From Alphaproteobacteria bacterium (lineage in GTDB: Bacteria > Pseudomonadota > Alphaproteobacteria > UBA2966), in the NCBI GenBank assembly GCA_964291395.2, contig OZ219858.1, forward strand, positions 64,001 to 128,000: 64,000 bases of DNA, given 5' to 3'. Both the position numbers and the translations under genes were made by a program. The notes beneath the pieces were generated by a model. It saw only the letters and a list, made by a program, of their open reading frames with translations, searched no databases and had not been told where the DNA came from. This document shows, piece by piece, positions 1 through 10,530 of the stretch (positions within the stretch are counted from its first letter, which is position 1; each line of letters begins with the position of its first letter).

Positions 1-1466
1 ACGGCACCGGCCGCAAGGCGGTCGAACACGTCCAGCGCCTGTGCCGGCGATTCGGGAAGAAAGACCTGCTGGAAGCGATCGACGAGATCCTCGCCCGCTC
101 CGAGAGGGTCATGCGAAGCCGCATCCGGGCCCTCGAAGACGGCGACTACTACGCCGAGGGATTCATGGAGAGCACGGGCACGAGTCCCGAGCCCCTGGTC
201 CTGCGCCTCAAGCTGAGCGTGAAAGGCGATCGCCTGATCGCGGACTACACGGGGACCTCGCCGCAGACCGCGGGACCCACCAACGTCGGTCCGGCGATGA
301 CGATGACGTCCCTCTGCACGATCGTGAAGTCCTTCCTCGACCCGGGAACCCCCGTCAATCACGGCTCGTTCGAGCCCATCGAGATCGTCTCGCCGCCCGG
401 CACCTTCATCAACGCGACGTACCCCGCCGCCTGCGGCGGCATGACGGAGGTCAAGACCCTGCTGGACTCGGTAGGCTCGACCGCCATGGGCCAGGCGGTC
501 CCGGAGATGAAGGTCGGGGACCTCAAGGGGGGCGCCAATCACACGTACATTTCCGGACCGGATCCGCACCGCGACGACGACATCTACTTGCTTTATGAAT
601 GGATCGCCGGCGGGACCGGGGCGTCGGAAGGCCACGACGGCAACAACGGCGTGCGCAATTACACCGAAGGCGACTTCAACTCGGTCCACGCGGTCGAAAT
701 CGTCGAGAGCCAGTACCCGATCGCCGTCGACCGCTTCGAGATCCGCGCAGGATCCTGCGGCGACGGCAAGTGGCGGGGCGGCTTCGGCGTACGCCGCGAT
801 GTCCGGGTCAAGAGCGACACCGGCGCGCTGTCGGTCCTCACCGACAAGTGCGTCATCCCGCCCTTCGGCGTGCACGGCGCCAAGAACGGCGCGGGCAACC
901 ATTTCGTCGTCATCCGCGACGGCGAATTCCTCGAACCATCCGCCGTTCCGGGCAAGGTCTCCGGCTTCCCGCTTCGGCAAGAAGACGTGGTGCGCGAGGA
1001 GTCCGCGGGCGGCGGCGGCTACGGGGACCCCCTCGAGCGGGACCCGGACCTGGTGGCAATGGACGTCCGCCTGGGCTACTTCACGGCCGATCAGGCGGAC
1101 AGGCGATACGGCGTGGTCCTGAATGCGGATGGCAGCGTCGACGGGCCCGCGACCGGGCGCCGCCGGCAGGAGCTAGGGGACGAGCGTATCCACGTGGCCG
1201 TCCAAGCGGCCAACGAGGAGATGAACGCCGGCGCGAAGCGCGAATTCGTCGTGCCGTCCGACGTGGCCGCGCGGTTGGGGATCGGCGAAGGCGACCTCGT
1301 CGAGCTGATCGCCGGTACCGGACCGCTCGTGCGGGGGTGGGCGCGCATCGGCGATGCCGACGGCGACGCACCGGTCATGGTCGGCGCATCGGCGTTCAAC
1401 CTCCTGAAGGCGGCGCCGGGAGGACCGACGGAGATTCGGCGAGTCGTCTCCACACCGCCGGAGTAG
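1..1466 (+). CDS. Hydantoinase B/oxoprolinase family protein, 5' end outside the window, with a C-terminal extension
   Basis: Frame is open from base 3 into ORF 111..1466. Motifs AGGTGA, GDGKWRGGFG and GGGGYGDPLERDP are typical of the family. Confidence 0.9.
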   Translation, partial: GTGRKAVEHVQRLCRRFGKKDLLEAIDEILARSERVMRSRIRALEDGDYYAEGFMESTGTSPEPLVLRLKLSVKGDRLIADYTGTSPQTAGPTNVGPAMTMTSLCTIVKSFLDPGTPVNHGSFEPIEIVSPPGTFINATYPAACGGMTEVKTLLDSVGSTAMGQAVPEMKVGDLKGGANHTYISGPDPHRDDDIYLLYEWIAGGTGASEGHDGNNGVRNYTEGDFNSVHAVEIVESQYPIAVDRFEIRAGSCGDGKWRGGFGVRRDVRVKSDTGALSVLTDKCVIPPFGVHGAKNGAGNHFVVIRDGEFLEPSAVPGKVSGFPLRQEDVVREESAGGGGYGDPLERDPDLVAMDVRLGYFTADQADRRYGVVLNADGSVDGPATGRRRQELGDERIHVAVQAANEEMNAGAKREFVVPSDVAARLGIGEGDLVELIAGTGPLVRGWARIGDADGDAPVMVGASAFNLLKAAPGGPTEIRRVVSTPPE

Positions 1467-1547
1467 CTGTCGTTGCCCTAGCCCTGCCTCTCTCGTCTCT
1501 CGCCTCGGCAAATCCTCCGGCGGGGGTGGGAGGGGGGAGTCGAACGG

Positions 1548-2693
1548 CTAGTCCAACTCCCGCAACAAACGCAGCAGGAACCGGGACCGCTCGCAAAGGC
1601 GGTCGACGACGATATGCTCGTGTTCGGCATGGGCGCCGGCACCCACCACGCCGAGGCCGTCGAGGGTCGGTACGCCGAGAGCCGCGGCGAAGTTTCCGTC
1701 CGAGACGCCGCCCGCCCATGTCTCCTTCAGGTCGAGGCCCACATCGGCCGCGACCGACTTCGCCCGCTCGAAAAGAGCCATACCGGCCTCGCTGCGCTCG
1801 AACGGCGGGCGGTTGATGCCACCCAGAACCTCCACCTCGATATCCTCCCCTTCGGCCCGCAGCCCGAGAAGGACCTGCTCCAGTTCGTCCGCCTCCGCCG
1901 GGTCGGCGAAGCGGAGATCGACTTCGGCCTCCGCCTCTTCCGGCACCACGTTCGGCCGCGTCCCGCCGCGTACCGTTCCCACGTTGAGCGTGACACCGCG
2001 CCCGTAGTCCGTCATGGCCTCGATCTTCACGATCATGCGCGCCAGTTCCGCAATCGCGCTCCGCCCCAACCGATGGTCGGATCCTGCATGCGCCGCCCGG
2101 CCCCGCACGCGAATGCGGAACCGCCCCCATCCGCTCCGCGTCGTTACGGCAGCACCATGCGGCGGCCGCGCAGGCTCGTTCACGAGCACGTATTTCGCCC
2201 GCCGGGCCTCGGCTTCGATAACCTCCCGCGAAGTCGGGCTGCCGACCTCCTCGTCCGAGACGAGAACGACCGTTATGGGCAGCGGAGGCCTGTCATCGGA
2301 CGCCATGATCGTTCGGATGGCGTCGCAGACCAGGTAGGCGCCTCCCTTCATGTCGTAGATGCCGGGCCCGTACGCCTTGCCGTCCTCCACCCGGAACGGG
2401 CGTGCTTCCAGGGTGCCCATCGACCACACCGTATCGAGGTGGCCGAGCACCATGATCCCGGCCTCATTGGTCGCCCAGGGCGTTCGGCCGATCAGGTGAT
2501 CGCCAAAGCCGTCCCGTCCCGGAATTCGTTCGGTTTCCAGACCAGCGTCGCCGAGGCTTCCCTCGACCAAGTCGACCATGCGATTGACCGCATCCGCGTC
2601 GGTGGACGGCGACTCGATCTCCACCCAGGATCGAATGCCCGCGAGCAGCCGTTGGTTTTCCTCTTGGGTTTCGGCCATTGCCTGAGCGTTCAA
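1548..2693 (-). CDS. M20 family metallopeptidase (glutamate carboxypeptidase-like)
   Basis: Motifs GHLDTV, GPGIYDMKGG, SDEEVGS, AHAG, DGLG and HAEHE. Alternative start is ATG 2678. Confidence 0.9.
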   Translation of the reverse strand: MNAQAMAETQEENQRLLAGIRSWVEIESPSTDADAVNRMVDLVEGSLGDAGLETERIPGRDGFGDHLIGRTPWATNEAGIMVLGHLDTVWSMGTLEARPFRVEDGKAYGPGIYDMKGGAYLVCDAIRTIMASDDRPPLPITVVLVSDEEVGSPTSREVIEAEARRAKYVLVNEPARPPHGAAVTTRSGWGRFRIRVRGRAAHAGSDHRLGRSAIAELARMIVKIEAMTDYGRGVTLNVGTVRGGTRPNVVPEEAEAEVDLRFADPAEADELEQVLLGLRAEGEDIEVEVLGGINRPPFERSEAGMALFERAKSVAADVGLDLKETWAGGVSDGNFAAALGVPTLDGLGVVGAGAHAEHEHIVVDRLCERSRFLLRLLRELD

Positions 2694-3553
2694 ACCTTGA
2701 TGAAGGGGTTGATCGCCTCCGGCTCCGCCTCACCCTCTCGCTGATCGAGATAGGCTTGGGCGACCTGCTCGCAGGTGGCGAACCAGACGTCATCGAATTC
2801 CCGCATGAAGGCGATGAATTCCCGCAGCAGGGCGATTCGCGACGGGCGCCCGATGCCCTGCGGGTGCATGACGAGGTCGAGATAAGCGCCCCAGCTATGG
2901 ATCTCGCGGAACTCCTCCCTCCAGATCGACAGGATATGCTCGTTGGTCGCCATCGGTCGCGGCACGCTGATGGTGAAGAAAAGGTAAGGCGCGTCGTCGG
3001 TCGACCAGTGCCAGGGCAGTTCCACAGGGCCGGGACGTCCGTCCTCAAGCACATGCTGGTAGGGGACGATGTCGTCCAGCAGAGAGCTGTCGTAGAGGAA
3101 GCCGCGGTCAGTCAGGAGACGAAGCTGATCCATCGTGGTCTCGCCGGCCGGGGACCTGTAGCCGACGGGTCGCACGCCAACGGTCTTCTCCAGGGCTTCC
3201 AGGCCCCGATCCAGCTCTTCCAGGACCTCGTCCGGCTTGTCGGGATCGGGCCATTTGTGGAGATAGCCGTGGTGGGCGACTTCGTGGCCGTGTTCGAGGA
3301 TCATTTCGACCCGCTGCGTGCGGTTCTCGGCGACCCAACCAGGGACGAAGAAGGTTGCCGGCAACCCTTCGTCCTTGAGAAGCTCAAGGATCCGGGGAAC
3401 ACCGACCTTGGCGCCGTAGGTGCCATAGGAGAGGGTGCCGGGACGCTTGAGATTTTCGGGATCGCGGCTGATCCAGTTGGTCTCGGAGTCGAAATCGAAC
3501 GACAGCGACACCGCGCATCTGGCGCCGTCCGGCCACGTGACGTTGTGTATCAT
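2690..3553 (-). CDS. Polysaccharide deacetylase family protein (PuuE/PgdA-like)
   Basis: Motifs SFDFD, ATFFVPG, HEVAHHGYLH, GYRSP, YDSS and MHPQGIGRPSR. Confidence 0.88.
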   Translation of the reverse strand: MIHNVTWPDGARCAVSLSFDFDSETNWISRDPENLKRPGTLSYGTYGAKVGVPRILELLKDEGLPATFFVPGWVAENRTQRVEMILEHGHEVAHHGYLHKWPDPDKPDEVLEELDRGLEALEKTVGVRPVGYRSPAGETTMDQLRLLTDRGFLYDSSLLDDIVPYQHVLEDGRPGPVELPWHWSTDDAPYLFFTISVPRPMATNEHILSIWREEFREIHSWGAYLDLVMHPQGIGRPSRIALLREFIAFMREFDDVWFATCEQVAQAYLDQREGEAEPEAINPFIKV

Positions 3554-3656
3554 GTGAGTTCCTCCCCGTCCCGACCCCGGTGCACCGAAGCCCCCGATCG
3601 CGCGAGACTCTAGTGGGCGGAACCACGCCGAACAACAAGCCCGCCCCCGCTCGTCG

Positions 3657-4604
3657 CTAGCCGTGCAGGGCGGACTTGGCGAGCATCATGTGCACGCCCT
3701 TGTGCTGGTTGACGATTTGGCTGACATGAAGGTCGGCCGCGATGCTGCAAAGCGTGTACGCGTCTTCCTTCGACAGATTGGCCCGCTCCTGGATCAGGGT
3801 CAGCATATCCCCCAACGCCTTCTTGGCCGCGTCGTCGAGATCGGGATCGAAAGCCATGGTGATGTAGTGGGTCGGCGTCTCCGCCCGCGGCGAGTCCAGT
3901 TCCATGTCCTTGCGCAGGTGAAGCTCGAACGTACCCGACAGGCAGGTCTCGATGGCGGTGACGCAGACTTCGCCGTCCCCCTGGGCAGCATGCCCGTCGC
4001 CCGCGGAGAACAAGGCACCCGGGTTGAACACGGGAAGATAGAGAGTGGTGCCCGGCAGCAAGTCCTTGACGTCCATATTGCCGCCGTGCTGACGCGGAAT
4101 GATCGAGGTGATGCGTCCCCAGGCGGGCGGTGGCGCCACCCCCATTACACCGAAGAAGGGGGTGAGCGGCAGGTCGACGCCCCAGGGCAGCTCGGCGACC
4201 ATGCGCTCGCGGTCCAACGGGATATGAAGGAGCCGCTTGTCGGGGAACTCCTCGGGCAAGGCACCCGCCAAGGGGCGGATGAGGTTCCAACCCCAGTCCT
4301 GGCGCAGCCGGACGTCCAGGATGCGCACCTCGAGAACGTCCCCGGGCACGGCGCCGCGGACGGCCACCGGGCCCGTCATGATGTGACCGACGGGTTCCGG
4401 GGGCACGTTCTCGTGCACCTCGAGGTGTTCGGGGAGTATCTCGAACCTGCCGTGGGGCAGGACCTCGGGCGTTCCGGAAAGGCAGTGAAGCGTGACGGCA
4501 TCACCCGGCTCGACCTCGAGGACCGGCGGCAGCGACGCGTCGAAGATTCCCCAGTGAACCGTCCGGGGACCGGCATGGAGCTCGTGATGTCGTCCCATCC
4601 GCAA
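3657..4604 (-). CDS. Acetamidase/formamidase family protein
   Basis: Motifs HIMTGPVAV, GGNMD and GDGHAAQGDGEVC. Confidence 0.9.
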   Translation of the reverse strand: MRMGRHHELHAGPRTVHWGIFDASLPPVLEVEPGDAVTLHCLSGTPEVLPHGRFEILPEHLEVHENVPPEPVGHIMTGPVAVRGAVPGDVLEVRILDVRLRQDWGWNLIRPLAGALPEEFPDKRLLHIPLDRERMVAELPWGVDLPLTPFFGVMGVAPPPAWGRITSIIPRQHGGNMDVKDLLPGTTLYLPVFNPGALFSAGDGHAAQGDGEVCVTAIETCLSGTFELHLRKDMELDSPRAETPTHYITMAFDPDLDDAAKKALGDMLTLIQERANLSKEDAYTLCSIAADLHVSQIVNQHKGVHMMLAKSALHG

Positions 4605-4641
4605 TCCTTTCCCGCCGAGCCGGGATCGGTCGACCTCCGGT

Positions 4642-5826
4642 TCAGGCGGACTGACCGACCGCGGCCTCCCGTCTCCGTTTCAGGAGCAGCCACAACGTCG
4701 CGGCCAACGCCGCCAACAGGAACGGTATGGCGCCGAGGTTCACCGTATTCCAACCGAAGACGTGCAACAATCCGCCCGACGAGAGCGACGCTAAGGCCAC
4801 GGAGCCGAACACGAGGAAGTCGTTGAGCCCCTGCACCTTGGCCTTTTCCGCCGGATCGTGGGCTTCCGTGAGCAGGGTCGTCCCGCCGATGAAGAGGAAG
4901 TTCCAGCCCACACCCAGCAGGACCAGCGCGATCCAGAAATGATAGAGGGTGATTCCCGCCACGGCAGCCGCAACGCTCCCGAACAGGAGCAGCGCCCCCG
5001 TCACCATGATCCTGAGAACGCCGAAGCGGCCGATGAGATGGCCGGTGAAGAAGGACGGCGCAAACATGCCGATGACGTGCCACTCGATGACGAAGATGGT
5101 TCTGCTGTAGGACAGGTCGCAGGCGATCATCGCCAGAGGACTCGCGGTCATCACGAGGCTCATGACGCTGAAACCCACCATGGCCCCGACGACGGCAACG
5201 GCAAACACCGGCTGGCGGACGATTTCGGAAAGCGGACGCCCGGTTTCCCGCCGCTCTTCCGGAGTCAGGCTCGGGAGTCTCAGTTGCGTCAGCAGCAGGA
5301 TGACGAGCAGACACAGCAGGATGACGGAGAGATAGGTGCCGAGAAACGTGTACGGCGCAAAGAAATCCTTCGTGAACTTGCTGCTCTCCGGCCCCAGCAC
5401 GCCGCCGACGATCCCTGCCGCCAGGACCCATGAGATGGCCCTGGCCTTGAAATCGGAAGACGCGGACTCGGCGGCGGCGAACCGGTACTGATGGGCGAAG
5501 GCATTCTGGGTTCCCAGAAAGAACGTTCCCAGGCCGAACAACCAGAAGTTTCCGATATAGATCGCGTAGCTGCACAACAGTCCGCCGACCATGCCGACGG
5601 CGGCGCCCGACATGAACCCATAGCGCCGGCCGACGATCCGCATCCACTGGGCGGCGGGAATCGTCGACAACGCGACGCCGATGACGAAGGTGCTCGCCGG
5701 CAGCGTCGCAAACGCCTTGTTCTCCGCCAGACTCTGGCCGATCAGCCCCGCCAAAGCGACGACCGTTACGCTGACGACGAGCGCGACGGCCTGGCAGCCC
5801 GCCAGGATGGCGATGTTCCGGTTCAT
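4642..5826 (-). CDS. MFS transporter
   Basis: 394 aa with about 12 hydrophobic segments. Motifs YRFAAAE, HVIGMFAPSFFTG and GWNFLF. Confidence 0.9.
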   Translation of the reverse strand: MNRNIAILAGCQAVALVVSVTVVALAGLIGQSLAENKAFATLPASTFVIGVALSTIPAAQWMRIVGRRYGFMSGAAVGMVGGLLCSYAIYIGNFWLFGLGTFFLGTQNAFAHQYRFAAAESASSDFKARAISWVLAAGIVGGVLGPESSKFTKDFFAPYTFLGTYLSVILLCLLVILLLTQLRLPSLTPEERRETGRPLSEIVRQPVFAVAVVGAMVGFSVMSLVMTASPLAMIACDLSYSRTIFVIEWHVIGMFAPSFFTGHLIGRFGVLRIMVTGALLLFGSVAAAVAGITLYHFWIALVLLGVGWNFLFIGGTTLLTEAHDPAEKAKVQGLNDFLVFGSVALASLSSGGLLHVFGWNTVNLGAIPFLLAALAATLWLLLKRRREAAVGQSA

Positions 5827-5950
5827 GCGGATTTCTCTGCTTGATCGCGAACGGGGACAGATCGTCCCTCAATGTCGCGCCTCAGGCAATACGGGAGCAA
5901 GATCGACGGCCACATGCCTCCCATGCGCCTGCCGCACCCCGCCCAACCCG

Positions 5951-6000
5951 GCGGAACGAAGCGGGACAAGCCGGGACTAGGCGAGACTAAGCGAGACACG
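5951..6000. repeat. Five degenerate 10-bp tandem units (consensus GCGRGACWAR) in a divergent intergenic region
   Basis: Units read directly: gcggaacgaa, gcgggacaag, ccgggactag, gcgagactaa, gcgagacacg. Confidence 0.5.
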
Positions 6001-6085
6001 TTGTGCCGGGGACGGCGAATCGACAAAGGCAGGCAACTCCCCCACGATAGGCACCGACCCTTTCCGGCAACCGTGGACGGAGCGA

Positions 6086-6955
6086 ATGAAAGGTCGGACA
6101 CTTGGCGTATGGCACACCCTCAACGGGCTACCGGCGGCGCAACTCGGCGACTTGGCGCGGCGGGTGGAGAATCTCGGGTACACGGCGCTCTGGTATCCCG
6201 AGGCCATCGGTTACGAGGCCTTTTCGCTCGGAGGCCATCTGCTCTCCCGGACCACCACGCTCAAGATCGGAAGCGGCATCGCCAACATCTACGCCCGCGA
6301 TCCCCTGTCTGCCGCCCAGGCCCACGACACGCTCAACGCGATCTACGGCGGCCGTTTTGTCATGGGGTTGGGCGTCTCCCATGCACCCGCGGTGGAGGGT
6401 GTCCGCGGACACACCTACGGCAAACCCGTGGCCACGATGCGGGCTTATCTGGAAACCATGGCCCGCGCCGAGCTCATTACTCCTGACGTCGAGCCGCAGA
6501 TCGTGATCGCCGCGCTCGGACCGCGCATGCTGGCCTTGTCGACAGAACTCGCCCAGGGTGCCCTGCCCTACAGCGTGACGCCCGAACATACCGCTTCGGC
6601 GCGTGGAATCCTCGGCCCGGACCCCTGGCTTTGCGTACAGCAAAAGGTCTGTCTCGAGACCGATCCGGACACCGCGCGCAAGGCCGCCTCGCGTGCGCTG
6701 GGACGTCACCTTCAACTGCCCAACTACCGCAACAGCTGGCTCCGTCAGGGCTTCTCGGAGGACGACTTCGTTGATGGCGGCAGCGAGCGGTTCCTGGACG
6801 CGATCGTCTCCTGGGGAACGGCGGACCGGATCCGCGGCCATATACAGGCGCACTTCGATTCGGGCGCCGATCACGTGTGTATCGAACCCGTCAATCCGCG
6901 CGACGCCGTAGAACCCGACTGGGACGCGATGGAGGCCCTGGCCCCCGCGGGCTGA
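6086..6955 (+). CDS. LLM-class (luciferase-like) oxidoreductase, probably of the F420-dependent TIGR03620 type
   Basis: Motifs GIANIYARD, GLGVSH, AALGPRML, LPNYRN and GADHVC. Confidence 0.85.
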   Translation: MKGRTLGVWHTLNGLPAAQLGDLARRVENLGYTALWYPEAIGYEAFSLGGHLLSRTTTLKIGSGIANIYARDPLSAAQAHDTLNAIYGGRFVMGLGVSHAPAVEGVRGHTYGKPVATMRAYLETMARAELITPDVEPQIVIAALGPRMLALSTELAQGALPYSVTPEHTASARGILGPDPWLCVQQKVCLETDPDTARKAASRALGRHLQLPNYRNSWLRQGFSEDDFVDGGSERFLDAIVSWGTADRIRGHIQAHFDSGADHVCIEPVNPRDAVEPDWDAMEALAPAG

Positions 6956-7073
6956 AATCCTCCATGACCACCCGCGAAATCACCCCTCCGGGGCCGCATG
7001 ACGCCGACCGGTTCTCGTCCCGGAGCGCGGAAACGGTTGACGTAACCTGTTGAAATATCGAAGGGAATCTTGA

Positions 7074-8054
7074 ATGAAGACGCGTAAACTCGGTAACAGC
7101 GATATCTCGGTATCCGCCCTGGGACTCGGCTGCATGAGCATGACCCCGTTCTACGGAGCTCCCGACGACGCGGAATCCGTAGCAACCCTGCGGCGGGCCA
7201 TCGAGCTCGGTATCACCTTCCTCGACACGGCCGTCAGTTACGGAAGCGGAGGCAACGAAGAACTTATCGGACCGGTCCTGAGTGACTTCCGCGACGATGT
7301 CGCAATCGCGACCAAGTTCGGCGTCTACCTCGAACCCGGCGGTATCGGCTACAGCGGCGATCCGGAGTACGCCTATCAATGCTGCGATGCCAGCCTCTAT
7401 CGCCTCAAGACCGACGTCATCGACCTCTGGTACCTGCACCGGGTCGACCCGAACACGCCCGTGGAAGAGACCGTCGGCGCCATGTCGCGCATGGTCGAGA
7501 AGGGGAAGGTGCGGGCACTCGGGATCTGCGAGGTCAGCCCGGCAACCCTGCGGAAGGCGCATGCCGTCCATCCCATCTCGGCCCTTCAGAGCGAGTACTC
7601 CTTGTGGACCCGCGACCCCGAAGGCGACGTTCTGGAAACCTGCCGCGAACTCGGCGTCAGCCTGGTTCCTTACAGCCCGCTCGGACGGGGCTTCTTCACC
7701 GGTACCGTGACCAGCCGGTCCGACTTGCGCGAGAACGACCGCCGCGTTCTTTTTCCACGGTTCAGCGAGGAGAACCTGGAACGCAACGTGCTGCTGCTCG
7801 ACGTCGTCAAGGGCATCGCCGCGGCCAGAGGTTGCACGATGGGTCAGGTGGCGATCGCCTGGGTACTCGCCCAGGGAGACGACATCATCCCCATCCCGGG
7901 GACGCGGCACCGCAGGTACCTCGAGGAGAACACCGGGGCGGTCGACGTCGCTCTCGACGGAAACGACCTCGCCGAACTCGACCGGGCCTTCCCGCGGGAC
8001 GCCGCCTCCGGGCGGCGCCTTCCCGACATGCAGATGCCCTACGTCAACCAATAG
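7074..8054 (+). CDS. Aldo/keto reductase
   Basis: Motifs [34 protein letters not shown] and PIPGT. Confidence 0.93.
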   Translation: MKTRKLGNSDISVSALGLGCMSMTPFYGAPDDAESVATLRRAIELGITFLDTAVSYGSGGNEELIGPVLSDFRDDVAIATKFGVYLEPGGIGYSGDPEYAYQCCDASLYRLKTDVIDLWYLHRVDPNTPVEETVGAMSRMVEKGKVRALGICEVSPATLRKAHAVHPISALQSEYSLWTRDPEGDVLETCRELGVSLVPYSPLGRGFFTGTVTSRSDLRENDRRVLFPRFSEENLERNVLLLDVVKGIAAARGCTMGQVAIAWVLAQGDDIIPIPGTRHRRYLEENTGAVDVALDGNDLAELDRAFPRDAASGRRLPDMQMPYVNQ

Positions 8055-8065
8055 AGGCCGACGCC

Positions 8066-8593
8066 ATGAGTCACGTCTTCGGAAAGATCATTCAGACCGC
8101 CTACGTCGTCCGGGATATCCAGGCCGCGATGCGTCACTGGACCGAGATGATGGGCGTCGGCCCCTGGTTCTACCGCGAGAGGGTGCCGTTGGAGACCTTC
8201 ACCTACAAGGGAGAACCGTCCGATCTCGAGATGTCCATCGCACTGGGGTACGACGGGGACATGCAGTTCGAGCTGATCCAGCAACGCAACGACGCGCCCT
8301 CGGTCTACAAGGACTTCCTGGAGACCTTCGGCGAAGGGCAGCAGCACCTGGGATTCCAGGTCGACGGTCTCGACGCCGCCATCGAGAAGGGCAAGAGCCT
8401 TGGCTACGAAATGATGCAGGAAGGCTACATCGCCAATTCGGGTCCCTTCGTTTACATGGGACTCGGCGATCATCCCGGTACCATGGTCGAGTTCCTGACC
8501 ATGCCGGAAGTCCGACGGCGGAACTGGGAGCTCATCAAGGGTTGGGCCCGGGGATGGGACGGATCGGACCCCATCCGGACGGAAATCGTTTGA
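8066..8593 (+). CDS. VOC/glyoxalase family protein
   Basis: ATG 8066 follows GAGG. Sequence MSHVFGKIIQTAYVVRDI...GVGPW...FELIQ...QHLG. Confidence 0.85.
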   Translation: MSHVFGKIIQTAYVVRDIQAAMRHWTEMMGVGPWFYRERVPLETFTYKGEPSDLEMSIALGYDGDMQFELIQQRNDAPSVYKDFLETFGEGQQHLGFQVDGLDAAIEKGKSLGYEMMQEGYIANSGPFVYMGLGDHPGTMVEFLTMPEVRRRNWELIKGWARGWDGSDPIRTEIV

Positions 8594-8800
8594 CTCGGTA
8601 CACCCGAATTCCATATCTCGCCGCATCGGCGTCGCGGCACCGGCCGGCTCGTGGCGAGCGGCAAAACCATACGGCGCGCGGCCACTGCATGAAAGTAAGT
8701 GCCCAGCGCCAAACCATGAACGGCCGGATTTGGACAACCGATTCGACATTCGAGGATCGCTCGAACGTCCCCGTTCATTGGTCCTTGAAGATTGAAACTT

Positions 8801-8818
8801 CCGTAACGAATTTGTAAC
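8801..8818 (+). promoter_or_regulatory. Pho-box-like 11-bp direct repeat upstream of the CYTH-CHAD gene
   Basis: CCGTAAC-GAAT-TTGTAAC resembles the PhoB consensus CTGTCAT-N4-CTGTCAY. A second box-like repeat, TTGTCAG-TGAA-TTGTCGA, lies at 8881-8898. Confidence 0.5.
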
Positions 8819-8908
8819 TATCGCCTTTCTCTTCGAACGGGACGACGTTGAGCGTCGCCCTGTTCATGGTCGGCTACGGGTTGTCAGTGAATTGTCGAAC
8901 GACTCTGG

Positions 8909-10495
8909 ATGCCGAGAATGGCGATGGCGGAACTCCCTGGCCCGAACGTTGAAATCGAACTGAAGCTCAGCGCGTCTGCCGAAACCATCGAAACCCTGTC
9001 GCGGTCCGCGCCCGTCGTACAGGCCTCCGAAGGTCTCGGCATCGTCAAGACTCTGGAAAATACCTACTACGACACCCCCGATTTGAGGCTTTTGGCTCGT
9101 GGAATCGCGCTGCGGGTGCGCAAGGACGGAGAGCGTTTCGTCCAGACCATGAAGACTGAGTTCGAGTCGGGTGGGGCTCTCGCACGCCGCGGTGAGTGGG
9201 AAACCCCGGTCGGGGGTCCTCAGCCTGATCTCACGGCGATCGACGACGCGGACGCGCGTGAACTGCTCGGCTTGATCCTGCCGGGAGAGCTCCAGCCCGT
9301 CTTCAGCAACCGTGTCCGGCGGGAAGTTCGTGTGATCAACGGCCCGGACGAATCAGGTCATGCCCGGACGATCGAGATCGCGGTCGATATCGGCGAAACC
9401 CGGGCCGGCGATGCGACGGAACCGATCGCCGAGATCGAGTTGGAGCTGCTCAAGGGTTCGGCCGAGAACGTTTTCGACCTGGCGCTGGCGTTGCACCGGA
9501 TCGGTCACGTTCGCATCGAGCCGCGCAGCAAGTCGGAACGCGGCTACGCTCTGTCGACGGATATCGTGCCCCGGTGGCAGAAGGCCGAGCCGATCGTCTT
9601 CAATCCGCAAACGACGATCGACGAAGCGCTCGCCGACGTGTTCAACGCCTGCTTCAAACATTGGACCGCCAACGAATCCGCCGCGCTTGATGGGCGCGAC
9701 CCGGAGGGCATCCACCAGATGCGGGTCGGATTGCGGCGATTGCGATCTGCCCTTTCCATCTTTGGACCGCTTCTTCCCGAGGACGCGCTGGCATGGCTCA
9801 AGGAAGAGGCCAGCGACGCACTCGGAGCGCTGGGCCGTGCGCGGGACCTCGATGTATTCCTGGGAGAGCTGCTGAGTCCCGTGGCCCGGGAGTTTCGGGG
9901 TGACGAATGCCTTGTGACCTTGCGTCGCGCCGCGGCGCGCGAGCAGGCCAAGGGGTACGAACAAGCCAGATCGGCCATTGTTTCACCCCGATACACTGAA
10001 TTCGTCCTCCGCTTTGGCGGCTGGGTAGAGGGCCGCCGCTGGCGAACCGAAGGCACATCCGACGTGTTGGACCGCCCCCTCGTCGCCTATGCGGACAAGT
10101 TGTTGGAGAAACGGCATCGCAAGGCACTCAAGCTCGGCCGGCAATTCGAGATTCTGTCGGTGGATGGGCGCCATCAGGTCAGGATTGCGCTCAAGAAGCT
10201 TCGGTATACATCGGAATTCTTCGAATCGCTCCATCCGAGCCGGAAAACCAAACGCTATGTGAAATCCCTTTCACGACTGCAGGATAGTCTTGGTCATCTC
10301 AACGACGTGGCGGTTGCCGAGCGCCTCATGGAAGATCTCGCGAATCGAAGCGCGCTGCCCAGCGAGCAAGCCGCGCTCCAACGGGCCGCCGGCCTGCTGA
10401 TCGGTTGGTACGCACGAGGGGTTGCCGATACGGAACCCGAGACGGTCGCCAACTGGGAGGCATTCTCCGTGGCCGCGCCGTTCTGGCGGCAATAG
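8909..10495 (+). CDS. CYTH + CHAD domain protein (YgiF-like inorganic triphosphatase / polyphosphate-binding protein)
   Basis: CYTH motifs EIELK, YYDTPD, ALRVR, EIELEL and SKSERGY. CHAD motifs HQMRVGLRRLRS, RDLDV, HQVRIALKKLRY and LQDSLGHLND. Confidence 0.92.
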   Translation: MPRMAMAELPGPNVEIELKLSASAETIETLSRSAPVVQASEGLGIVKTLENTYYDTPDLRLLARGIALRVRKDGERFVQTMKTEFESGGALARRGEWETPVGGPQPDLTAIDDADARELLGLILPGELQPVFSNRVRREVRVINGPDESGHARTIEIAVDIGETRAGDATEPIAEIELELLKGSAENVFDLALALHRIGHVRIEPRSKSERGYALSTDIVPRWQKAEPIVFNPQTTIDEALADVFNACFKHWTANESAALDGRDPEGIHQMRVGLRRLRSALSIFGPLLPEDALAWLKEEASDALGALGRARDLDVFLGELLSPVAREFRGDECLVTLRRAAAREQAKGYEQARSAIVSPRYTEFVLRFGGWVEGRRWRTEGTSDVLDRPLVAYADKLLEKRHRKALKLGRQFEILSVDGRHQVRIALKKLRYTSEFFESLHPSRKTKRYVKSLSRLQDSLGHLNDVAVAERLMEDLANRSALPSEQAALQRAAGLLIGWYARGVADTEPETVANWEAFSVAAPFWRQ

Positions 10496-10530
10496 ACCAT
10501 TCCGGTCGCAATTCGGTCTCCCGAGGAACG

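Noticed and set aside
6965-7050. Short reading frame MTTREITPPGPHDADRFS, faintly like a Rid N-terminus
   Set aside because: Too short and too weak to support a pseudogene call.
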